Positions 9,055-16,429 of a stretch of DNA of 16,429 nucleotides are shown here, one piece after another. Position 1 is the first letter of the stretch. Every line of letters begins with the position of its first letter. The notes under the pieces were generated by a model. That model was given only the letters and a program-made list of their open reading frames with translations, did not search any database and was not told where the DNA came from. The position numbers and the translations under genes were made by a program. The DNA comes from a bacterium (GTDB lineage: Bacteria > SZUA-182 > DTGQ01 > JAFGSM01), in the NCBI GenBank assembly GCA_049472335.1, contig JBLIRO010000098.1:1-16429 (forward strand), given 5' to 3'.

Positions 9055-9408
9055 TCAGAGGGCTTCTTTTGCTGCTTCTGTTATCTTCGCAAACGCCTGA
9101 GGATCACTGACGGCCATGTCAGCCAAAATCTTTCTGTTCAGGCTTATACCGGCCTTCTTCATGCCATTTATAAATTTACTGTAAGAAAGATCATATGGTC
9201 TAAGTGCCGCGTTTATTCGGACGATCCAAAGCCTACGGAACATCCTTTTTCTGGTCTTACGGTCCCGATATTCATAAACAAGAGACCTGTTAACTGCTTC
9301 TTTTGCCGTCCTGAAAAGCTTGCTTTTCGCGCCTCGGTATCCCTTGGCCAATTTCAGGACCCTTTTATGTCTTTTTTTGACTGCTGTACCTCTTTTAACC
9401 CTGGACAT
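9055..9408 (-). CDS. rplT: 50S ribosomal protein L20
   Basis: MSRVKRG...LAKGYRG...[11 protein letters not shown]...LNRKILAD. True start is ATG at 9408; the track start at 9453 is overextended. Confidence 0.98.
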   Translation of the reverse strand: MSRVKRGTAVKKRHKRVLKLAKGYRGAKSKLFRTAKEAVNRSLVYEYRDRKTRKRMFRRLWIVRINAALRPYDLSYSKFINGMKKAGISLNRKILADMAVSDPQAFAKITEAAKEAL

Positions 9409-9449
9409 AATACTGCGTCTCCCTTTGCATAATATTTTAATAAGTTTTT

Positions 9450-9653
9450 TCAACCATATGGAAGGAGCTTCTTTACGCGGGCTTGATCAGAAGTAGATAA
9501 ATAGCCCCCTTTTCTCAGATTCCTTTTACGCTTGGGGCTTTTTTTGGTCAAGATATGGCTGGCATATGCTCTTTGACTCTTTATCTTCCCTTTAGCAGTA
9601 AACCGGAATCTTTTAGCCGCACCCCGATTAGTCTTCAATTTTATCTTTGACAC
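9450..9653 (-). CDS. rpmI: 50S ribosomal protein L35
   Basis: [12 protein letters not shown]...[16 protein letters not shown]...LLPY. GTG start. Confidence 0.97.
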   Translation of the reverse strand: MSKIKLKTNRGAAKRFRFTAKGKIKSQRAYASHILTKKSPKRKRNLRKGGYLSTSDQARVKKLLPYG

Positions 9654-9712
9654 AACTACTTTCCTTTCTCCTTAACCTGTTTTTCTTCCCAACCCGTTTT
9701 TTTGGTGATAAT

Positions 9713-10249
9713 CTATTTTTCTGTATGAGCATGCCCCTTTGGCGCCAGGATCATAGTCATGTTTCTGCCTTCCATTCTGGGCCTTTGTTCAACAACTGCC
9801 AAATCTTCGATATCTGATGCAACACGGTCCAATAATTCGTTTCCGATATCAGGGTGGGTCATCTCCCTGCCTCTAAAAATGATGGTTATCTTGACTTTGT
9901 TGCCATCTGATAGAAATTTTCGGGCATGATTTAATTTAAACCCAATGTCATGCAAATCTGTTTTAGGTCGAAGTTTGATCTCCTTTATATGTATAATCTT
10001 CTGGTTCTTTTTTGCCTCTTGAGCCCGCTTGTGCTGCTGGTATTTGTATTTCCCATAATCCATAATCTTACAAACGGGTGGTTTTGCCAGAGGAGCGACC
10101 TCAACAAGATCAAGTCCTGCTTGTTCTGCCATTTCCAATGCAACGGGTAATTTGAGTATGCCGATTTGTTTACCTTCTTGATCGATAACCCGGACTTCTT
10201 CTGCCCGGATTCGATTGTTTATGGGTATGTGTTCAGCCGATTTTATTAT
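9713..10249 (-). CDS. infC: Translation initiation factor IF-3 (non-canonical ATA start, 178 aa)
   Basis: The frame stays open upstream of track ATG 10138 and encodes the IF3 N-domain (INNRIRAEEVRVIDQEGKQIG). ATA at 10249 is 7 nt after SD AGGAGGTG (10264-10257). In-frame TGA at 10258-10256. Also LDLVEV, CKIMDYGK, KEIKLRP, FRGRE. Confidence 0.96.
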   Translation of the reverse strand: MIKSAEHIPINNRIRAEEVRVIDQEGKQIGILKLPVALEMAEQAGLDLVEVAPLAKPPVCKIMDYGKYKYQQHKRAQEAKKNQKIIHIKEIKLRPKTDLHDIGFKLNHARKFLSDGNKVKITIIFRGREMTHPDIGNELLDRVASDIEDLAVVEQRPRMEGRNMTMILAPKGHAHTEK

Positions 10250-10262
10250 TAGTTTTCACCTC

Positions 10263-12170
10263 CTAACATTTTTTTAGATAGATCTCATTTTTGATCTGTG
10301 TAATAAACTCGTTGAGTGTTAAATCTTTCAACTGATCAATATCCCTGGAGCGGCAATTGACAGTACCATCTTTCAGTTCCCGGTCGCCTAATATAAGCAT
10401 ATATGGGACCTTTTCCATACGCGCTTCACGGATTTTGAATCCGATCTTTTCGTTTCTCAAATCTGTCTCGGCCCTTATATCTTCCGCTTGAAGTGAATTC
10501 GCGATAGACAGCGCGTATTCTGATTGCCGGTCGGTTATAGTCAAAATCTTGACTTGAACCGGGGATAACCATACAGGAAAAGCCCCTGCGAAGTGTTCGA
10601 TCAGGACCCCCATAAATCTTTCAAGGGATCCTAGTATAACCCTGTGGAGCATCACAGGGCGCTTTTTTTCCCCATCCGTATCTACATAATAAAGGTCAAA
10701 TCTCTCGGGAAGCGTAAAGTCGCATTGGATGGTAGCGCATTGCCAACTTCTTCCGAGGGCGTCTTTTAATTTAACATCTATCTTGGGTCCGTAAAAGGCC
10801 CCTTCACCTTCGAAGACCTGGAAGGGAATCTTCAGCTCCTCCAGGGACCTGGAGAGGGCCTGTGTGGCCTTTTCCCAGTCTTCATAAGAACCTATAAATT
10901 TTTCAGGTTGTGTGCTTAATTCCATATGATATTCAAATCCGAACATATCCATGACATCGATGACGAACTGGATGACACCCTTGATCTCATCATTTAATTG
11001 ATCGGGCCGGCATAATATATGGGCATCGTCCTGAGTGAAGCTCCTGACTCTTGTAAGACCATGTAAAACACCCGATTTTTCATGCCTGTGTACATGCCCC
11101 AATTCGAAGTATCTTATGGGCATATCCCGGTAGCTTCGAATCCTGGATTTGTAAATCAGCATATGGGCAAGACAGTTCATGGGTTTTATCCCGTATTTCT
11201 GCCCCTCAACCTCAGTAAAATACATATTTTCCCGGTAGTTGTCATAATGACCCGATTTTTCCCATAGCTCCTGTTTCAAGAGCAACGGGCCATAGACAAT
11301 CTGGTATCCGCGCCTGAGGTGCTCCTTTTTCTCAAAATCCTCGATCATCATTCTGAGCAAGGCCCCCTTGGGATGATATATAACCATTCCGGCGCCTACC
11401 TCATCCGAAAGGCTAAAAAGATCAAGCTCCCGCCCCAGCTTGCGATGATCCCTTTTTTTCGCCTCCTCCAGCTTTCTGAGATGCTCTTTCAGTAGCCTGG
11501 AGTTTTGAAAGGCGGTGCCATAAATGCGCTGAAGCATCTTGTTATGTTCATCCCCTCTCCAATAAGCCCCCGCAATGCTTAGAAGCTTAAACGCCTTTAT
11601 CGAACCCGTTGAAGGTACATGAGGGCCTCTGCAAAGGTCCGTGAAATCACCTACCTGATAAATGCTTATCATGGAATCAGGTAAATCCCGGATAAGCTCC
11701 ACCTTATATGTCTGGCCCTTTTCCTCAAAAAGTCTCAGCGCGTCTTTTTTCGTGATCATGCGCCGTTCGAATGGAAGGTCCTGATTGATCAGCTCATTCA
11801 TTCTTTTTTCGATTTTTTCCAGGTCCTCAGGCACAAGTGTTCTTGTTAGATCAAAATCATAATAAAAACCCGCTTCCACAGACGGGCCTATGGCAAATTT
11901 AGCTTCAGGAAATAGATCCAACACGGCATGTGCCATAATATGGGAGGTGCTGTGGCGGAAGATTTCCATAGCCTCAGGATCTTCCAGAGTCAGAAATTCT
12001 ATCTTACAATCCTGGGTAACGGTCTGACTTAGATCAAGAAGTTTTTCATCGATTTTAACTGCAATGGCATTTTTTACTCCGGATTCAGGTGTAATTTCCC
12101 GGAAGGTCATTCCAGGGGGATAGTCCAACTTCCTCCCGTTAGGCAAGGAAATAGTAATTTTTTGCTTCAT
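10263..12170 (-). CDS. thrS: Threonyl-tRNA synthetase
   Basis: TGS domain, [56 protein letters not shown]. Start is ATG at 12170 or 12194 (uncertain). Confidence 0.99.
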   Translation of the reverse strand: MKQKITISLPNGRKLDYPPGMTFREITPESGVKNAIAVKIDEKLLDLSQTVTQDCKIEFLTLEDPEAMEIFRHSTSHIMAHAVLDLFPEAKFAIGPSVEAGFYYDFDLTRTLVPEDLEKIEKRMNELINQDLPFERRMITKKDALRLFEEKGQTYKVELIRDLPDSMISIYQVGDFTDLCRGPHVPSTGSIKAFKLLSIAGAYWRGDEHNKMLQRIYGTAFQNSRLLKEHLRKLEEAKKRDHRKLGRELDLFSLSDEVGAGMVIYHPKGALLRMMIEDFEKKEHLRRGYQIVYGPLLLKQELWEKSGHYDNYRENMYFTEVEGQKYGIKPMNCLAHMLIYKSRIRSYRDMPIRYFELGHVHRHEKSGVLHGLTRVRSFTQDDAHILCRPDQLNDEIKGVIQFVIDVMDMFGFEYHMELSTQPEKFIGSYEDWEKATQALSRSLEELKIPFQVFEGEGAFYGPKIDVKLKDALGRSWQCATIQCDFTLPERFDLYYVDTDGEKKRPVMLHRVILGSLERFMGVLIEHFAGAFPVWLSPVQVKILTITDRQSEYALSIANSLQAEDIRAETDLRNEKIGFKIREARMEKVPYMLILGDRELKDGTVNCRSRDIDQLKDLTLNEFITQIKNEIYLKKC

Positions 12171-12279
12171 ATTCGTTTTTGAACACTCACCCATAATTTT
12201 TGATCAATTTCTCCCCCCAGAGTCAGTCATAAAAAGTTTAAATGCAAAGTAAAATATGTAATTTTAAAATAGATCATAA

Positions 12280-12310
12280 CTTCTCAAAATCCCGGTGGGA
12301 ACCTGAGAAG
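12280..12310 (-). promoter_or_regulatory. Stem-loop in the thrS leader
   Basis: CUUCUCAGG-U-UCCC-(ACC)-GGGA-U-UUUGAGAAG, 13 bp including two G-U pairs that form only on the - strand. Confidence 0.45.
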
Positions 12311-12341
12311 AATGCAAAATTCAAACTGCAATCACTCTAAC

Positions 12342-12386
12342 AAAAAAGCACCATCGAAGATACCTGGATATCTCCAGATGATGCCT
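12342..12386 (-). terminator. Intrinsic terminator-like hairpin between tRNA-Val and thrS
   Basis: AGGCAUCAUC-U-GGAGAUA-(UCCAGG)-UAUCUUC-GAUGGUGCU followed by a U-tract (6 U in total). Confidence 0.65.
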
Positions 12387-12493
12387 CTTTTAGGATTGAA
12401 CTGAAGATTAAATAAATCTTTTTTTCCCTCCTATGTCCTTCCGAAAAAATGTTATTTAAAAGAGGCGCCCTTAAATACAAATCCATTGATTAA

Positions 12494-12568
12494 TGGTAGG
12501 CACGGGCGGTTTCGAACCGCCGACTTCTACCGCGTCAAGGTAGCGCTCTCCCCCTGAGCTACGTGCCT
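12494..12568 (-). tRNA. tRNA-Val (anticodon GAC), CCA encoded
   Basis: AGGCACG acceptor pairs with CGTGCCT-ACCA. D arm GCTC/GAGC. Anticodon arm CTACC-TTGACGC-GGTAG. T arm GGCGG-TTCGAAA-CCGCC. Confidence 0.98.
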
Positions 12569-12588
12569 CTAAATATTTGTCTAGAAAA

Positions 12589-12617
12589 ATATTAGTAAAA
12601 AAATATTGGTATGTCAA
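12589..12617 (-). promoter_or_regulatory. Sigma70-type promoter for tRNA-Val
   Basis: TTGACA (12617-12612), 17-bp spacer, TAATAT (12594-12589), about 20 nt before the tRNA 5' end. The -35 overlaps the upstream gene's TGA. Confidence 0.7.
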
Positions 12618-12874
12618 GTTTCATTCCCTTCATAATCATTATTTTTTATATTTTTATCGGAATTTTCTAATATCTCCTGCGCCTTTTCAAGATCACCGGC
12701 CCTGACCATGATCTTGATTTCTCCGATATGTCCAATGTCAAAAGGGAATTGCGAAACCCGATAAGATTTCAGTTCCGCCTGAAGGCCGTTTGATTTGAGA
12801 AGCCCTGCAATCAGATATGCCTCATAATCCGTGCAGGTGGAACAAAGCTCAACCCATTTTTCTTCCTGATTCAT
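12614..12874 (-). CDS. DUF2007-like (putative signal transducing, PII-like) small protein
   Basis: Pattern WVEL...EAYLIAGLLKSNGL...IKIMV...DLEKAQEIL. Starts 3 bp after the upstream stop. Confidence 0.75.
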   Translation of the reverse strand: MNQEEKWVELCSTCTDYEAYLIAGLLKSNGLQAELKSYRVSQFPFDIGHIGEIKIMVRAGDLEKAQEILENSDKNIKNNDYEGNET

Positions 12875-12877
12875 CTT

Positions 12878-14500
12878 CTATTCTTCTTTTTCACCAAAGA
12901 TTTGAGCAGAAAAAATGTATATGTCTGCCCCTTTTCCCCATGCGTCTTTAGGCAATCCTGCCTTTGCGCATGTCTGAGCCAAAAAAGTCAACCTGTCCCA
13001 TCCATATTCAGTGGCTACCTGAGGTAGTAAAAGTCCGCTGTATGGTGGGCGGGAAATATATAGTCCATGCTCTCCCACCCTGATCTGATTAATATCATCG
13101 ATTTTGCGAAGGGGGGTCAGAGCGGAAATCTCGATATCTATTTCGTCCAACTCTTCATTTTTTACAGGAGTGAAACGATAGTCTTTAACTGCAGCGGAAA
13201 TGGCACAGTCAGATGTGGCCTTATACAGGGGCATGATCGGCTTTATATAACCTATGCACCCTCTTAACATCCCCTTTTTGTGAAGAGTTACAAAAACGCC
13301 TCTCGGCTCGAGAAGTCGTGGCTCTGTAACGTCGAATTCGGATAATTCCTGTCTGTTCAGATATGCAGTAATGGAAGAGCGCGCTATATCAAGAAGTTTT
13401 TCCTGCTCTTGTTTATTTAAAAGGTCCTCTGCTTCTGCCAATTTTACCTCACCTCTTTCCATCAGGGTAGATTGTTTTTGGTCATTTTTATCCGTGATAA
13501 AAACACTTAAGGCGGCATAGCCTACGACTCTTTCCTTCATCCCGGAAGTGTCGCCTGAGTTAGCATATTTAAGGAGTTTTATATTTACAGGTTGATTAAT
13601 GAGTTTGATTGTTTCAAGTAACAGCAACACAGGCATTGCGCCGCAAAGCTCGATCTCACCATAATTCAGCATTGCCTTCATATTTTCACAATCCCTTGTC
13701 TGTATGGTTTCCAGAGCCTTCTGGTCCATAGCTACGGCTTCTTCATAGGGATGATAATGAGATAGATCTGAGCTGATAATCAGAAGCGAGCCTGGCTTTT
13801 TCAGGATATCAGCGAGTTTCAGGCTAATTTCCTCAACCGCTTTTGGCGAGAGTCTGCCTATCAGGATGGGTACTATCTGAAAGTCCTTCAAGACCATCTG
13901 AAGAAATGGGATTTGAACCTCCAGGGAGTGTTCCTGGATATGGGCCTGGGACTTAAAACTGACACTCTCTGAAGAATCAGAGATAAGCCTGGCCATTTGT
14001 TCATTTACTTTGACATCCCCCAGAGGAGTTTGATAAACCCCACTGGGCCAGATGGAAGCGCCCGTGAATGAAAATCTATGGCTTGGTCCTATAAGTATGA
14101 CTGTGTCGATCTTTTTTCCTTCCAGAAGTTTATATGAATAGGCAGCAATCTCTCCTGAATATACATATCCCGCGTGGGGACAGACGAGGGCGATCAGGCT
14201 GCCGGCTTCTTCCTGAGGTGAAGCAAGCTTTAGGTATCCCCGGATCATCTTTTTCAGCTCTGATGCGGATGGGGGATAGAATTGACCGCTTACGGCTGAT
14301 GATCTTACCAGTATCTCCTCTTTTTTGTGTATATTTTCACTTTCCGAAGGCTGTTTTTCCTTCGATTTTTCACTTGCTTTAACACAAGAAGAAAAAACGG
14401 GCAGCAGAATAAAATAAAATAAAAGAAGAAGTAAGACGCAAGACCGTAACGATTGAATTTTTTGTTCTAAACAGAGAGAATTCTTTTTTTTCATATCCAT
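12878..14500 (-). CDS. amrB: AmmeMemoRadiSam system protein B (Memo) fused to protein A (AMMECR1), with a hydrophobic N-terminal leader
   Basis: Memo motifs VSGQFYP, PHAGYVYSG, IGPSH, EHSLEVQIPFLQ, SSDLSHY, CG and VVGY. AMMECR1 motifs GVFVTL, LRGCIG, DYRF, GLLLPQVATE and KAGL. Start is ATG 14500 or 14494, or TTG 14515. Confidence 0.92.
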   Translation of the reverse strand: MDMKKKNSLCLEQKIQSLRSCVLLLLLFYFILLPVFSSCVKASEKSKEKQPSESENIHKKEEILVRSSAVSGQFYPPSASELKKMIRGYLKLASPQEEAGSLIALVCPHAGYVYSGEIAAYSYKLLEGKKIDTVILIGPSHRFSFTGASIWPSGVYQTPLGDVKVNEQMARLISDSSESVSFKSQAHIQEHSLEVQIPFLQMVLKDFQIVPILIGRLSPKAVEEISLKLADILKKPGSLLIISSDLSHYHPYEEAVAMDQKALETIQTRDCENMKAMLNYGEIELCGAMPVLLLLETIKLINQPVNIKLLKYANSGDTSGMKERVVGYAALSVFITDKNDQKQSTLMERGEVKLAEAEDLLNKQEQEKLLDIARSSITAYLNRQELSEFDVTEPRLLEPRGVFVTLHKKGMLRGCIGYIKPIMPLYKATSDCAISAAVKDYRFTPVKNEELDEIDIEISALTPLRKIDDINQIRVGEHGLYISRPPYSGLLLPQVATEYGWDRLTFLAQTCAKAGLPKDAWGKGADIYIFSAQIFGEKEE

Positions 14501-14836
14501 AATCTTTATATTCAAGTTTTACAACTTGTTATATACAACGATAATTTTTTACCAAAAGTGCCTTTATTAATATTACCATTAACTATTACCTACCCATATA
14601 ACCACCAAACCCGGCATTTTTATTTCCCACCCTATATCAAGCTTTATCATATTTTTTTACTTTTAACAAGTTATGCAAGGTTACAGTTAAAAAACAAGAG
14701 AGACAAATAATATATTCCTTAAATTTTCATTTTACATTTTACAATTTTCATTAACTACCTGAAAACCGCAAAAGTCTCTGAGAAGTTACGCGGATTATTG
14801 AAAAGACCGGAAGGTATCCGTTTAAATCCCACTATT

Positions 14837-16429
14837 TCAGGTATCGGAAGGAAGCTCTCTTTTTTTCAATATTTCAATTCGTTCTATTCCCTTGCCTGCT
14901 TCTCTGGAATCAGGATTCAATGCCCTGGCTTTAATGTACATATCCTGTGCCTTGTCAAATTCCTTTAGGTTTTCATAAGCTAAACCCATCACCAGAAATA
15001 TAGAATAGTTTTTGTGACCACGGGAAATTAGAAAGTCTCCATGTTCAACAGCCCTGTCCCATCGGTTCTTAGCACTATAAAGATTTAACAGCATTAGATG
15101 AGGGAAAAAATATCCCGGATTGCTTGCCAGGTTTCTCTCACTTTCATTTATGTACTCATCTATCTTTTCTTTGGACACCCTCGATTCTCTTAATGTCAGC
15201 AGGGGATGAATATAGTTGTATTCATCCTTTGCAATGAGTTCACTGTATTCAGGAAGCCGGCGGATATAGAGAAAACATGAGTCATCAAAATAGACCAGGA
15301 CCCACTCTCCGCTTTCCTTAAGATATTCACAATGGTTCACCAGGTTGCCTCCCTGATATTTAAGTAGAATGAATTCTATATTGAATTCTACCAGAATCCC
15401 CTTGAACGTATTTACATCAAAAAGCGCCCTTTGGTGCCGGTTATAGAATTCTTCACCATAGACATGTTCGGCCCTGGAGTCCATGGTTACACGAACATCC
15501 GGGAAACAATGAAAGATTAAATATGTCCCGTAAGTATAGCTGTTAAAGCAGCAACCTTTAATATGATTCGCCTGTATATATTTCGTTGAGTCTATGGGCA
15601 TATTACCGGCAACCCCTAATCCGAATGGTTTGCTGCTGTTTTTTCTGTAGATATATCCATTTTTAAATGATATCCGTATCAGAGGGATAAGGATGAGAAG
15701 TATTATGACTCCTCCTCCAGTATCGATCAATTGCCTGAGTTTTTGGTCTGTCATCTCAATATAATCATTGCCTGACTGTTGGAAATTTAACGCAATGATC
15801 GGACAGGTAGCAATGGTAAAAATGGTAATATTGCGATGCATCTGGGCCGCCATTATAAAAAAGAATGCAGAAATCGTAAAATTCGTTAAATCAATCCGCT
15901 TTATATTAACTATGAAAGAAAGACCCAGAAGTATCATCCATATGACATAATATTTAAAGGCAAAGGATGTATAGAATGTCCTGCTTTCGAAAGGTGACTG
16001 CCATTCATAAATGGTCTTGATGTATTCGCTTTTATGGAATACAACAGAGAAAGGCTGTATAAAGAGACGAAAACCATAGGGATTCATAAGGCAGGCCAGG
16101 AATGTCAGGAAAAAAATGATATACAAAGGTTTCAGTCTTTCCCAGGTTAAGAGGTCCCTTTGCCAGAATGATACAAAACGGTTAAAAAGGAGCCTTACTG
16201 TTTCACATCCAATAAAGATGCCCAGTATAAACAGTCCGACAATAAAAGAGCCATGCATATTGGACCAAAAGATTTGAAGGATGGGAAGCAGTGCAAGTAT
16301 CTGCCAGTTGGTCCGCTTGTATTTATACTGCATAAGGATCAGGAAATAAGCAGCTATAAAGAAGTAGGAAAACATCTCTGTACGGGCCAGAAATCTTACC
16401 CCAACATTAAAAATCATAAATACTGCCAA
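14837..16429 (-). CDS. Multi-pass membrane protein (GT-C glycosyltransferase-like fold suspected) with C-terminal TPR; 5' end outside the window
   Basis: Many hydrophobic helices with loop motifs RTEMFS, WSNMHGSF, NPYG, EWQSP, RN and DSR. TPR-like C-terminus (MGLAYENLKEFDKAQDMYIKARALNP). The frame is open to the window edge. Confidence 0.75.
   Translation of the reverse strand: MAVFMIFNVGVRFLARTEMFSYFFIAAYFLILMQYKYKRTNWQILALLPILQIFWSNMHGSFIVGLFILGIFIGCETVRLLFNRFVSFWQRDLLTWERLKPLYIIFFLTFLACLMNPYGFRLFIQPFSVVFHKSEYIKTIYEWQSPFESRTFYTSFAFKYYVIWMILLGLSFIVNIKRIDLTNFTISAFFFIMAAQMHRNITIFTIATCPIIALNFQQSGNDYIEMTDQKLRQLIDTGGGVIILLILIPLIRISFKNGYIYRKNSSKPFGLGVAGNMPIDSTKYIQANHIKGCCFNSYTYGTYLIFHCFPDVRVTMDSRAEHVYGEEFYNRHQRALFDVNTFKGILVEFNIEFILLKYQGGNLVNHCEYLKESGEWVLVYFDDSCFLYIRRLPEYSELIAKDEYNYIHPLLTLRESRVSKEKIDEYINESERNLASNPGYFFPHLMLLNLYSAKNRWDRAVEHGDFLISRGHKNYSIFLVMGLAYENLKEFDKAQDMYIKARALNPDSREAGKGIERIEILKKRELPSDT

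Noticed and set aside
8743..9432. 229-aa + strand ORF and the other short ORFs overlapping greA, ymdB, rny, ygfA, pheT, pheS, infC, thrS and amrB
   Set aside because: They are antisense or alternate-frame shadows of conserved genes with no recognisable motifs.
12293..12304. T-box-like CGGTGGGAACC near thrS
   Set aside because: It is on the + strand, opposite to thrS, and is explained as part of an inverted repeat.
12494..12520. tRNA 3' end as the integration site of a mobile element
   Set aside because: No duplicated tRNA 3' fragment, integrase or foreign genes nearby.
14750..14845. Possible riboswitch upstream of the amrB-amrA fusion
   Set aside because: Only short imperfect inverted repeats are present, with no recognisable aptamer consensus.

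Overview
Bacterial chromosomal window, mostly conserved housekeeping genes on the - strand. In transcription order these are: a partial TPR-tailed integral membrane protein, an AmrB(Memo)-AmrA(AMMECR1) fusion, a DUF2007-like protein, tRNA-Val(GAC), thrS-infC-rpmI-rplT-pheS-pheT, zapB-like, zapA, 6S RNA, 5-formyl-THF cyclo-ligase, rny and ymdB. This run converges on greA (+). The gene order resembles Desulfobacterota/Nitrospirota-like lineages (inference). The least explained part is the left end. An unknown ORF missing from the ORF track (423->1, - strand, strong SD, runs off the window) is preceded by about 2.8 tandem 67-bp repeats with a structured core. Upstream of the repeats is an extended -10 promoter overlapped by a Per/Fur-like box. 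Other points of note: an ATA start for infC, a signal/lipoprotein-like leader on the Memo-AMMECR1 fusion, and structured leaders before thrS and rny.
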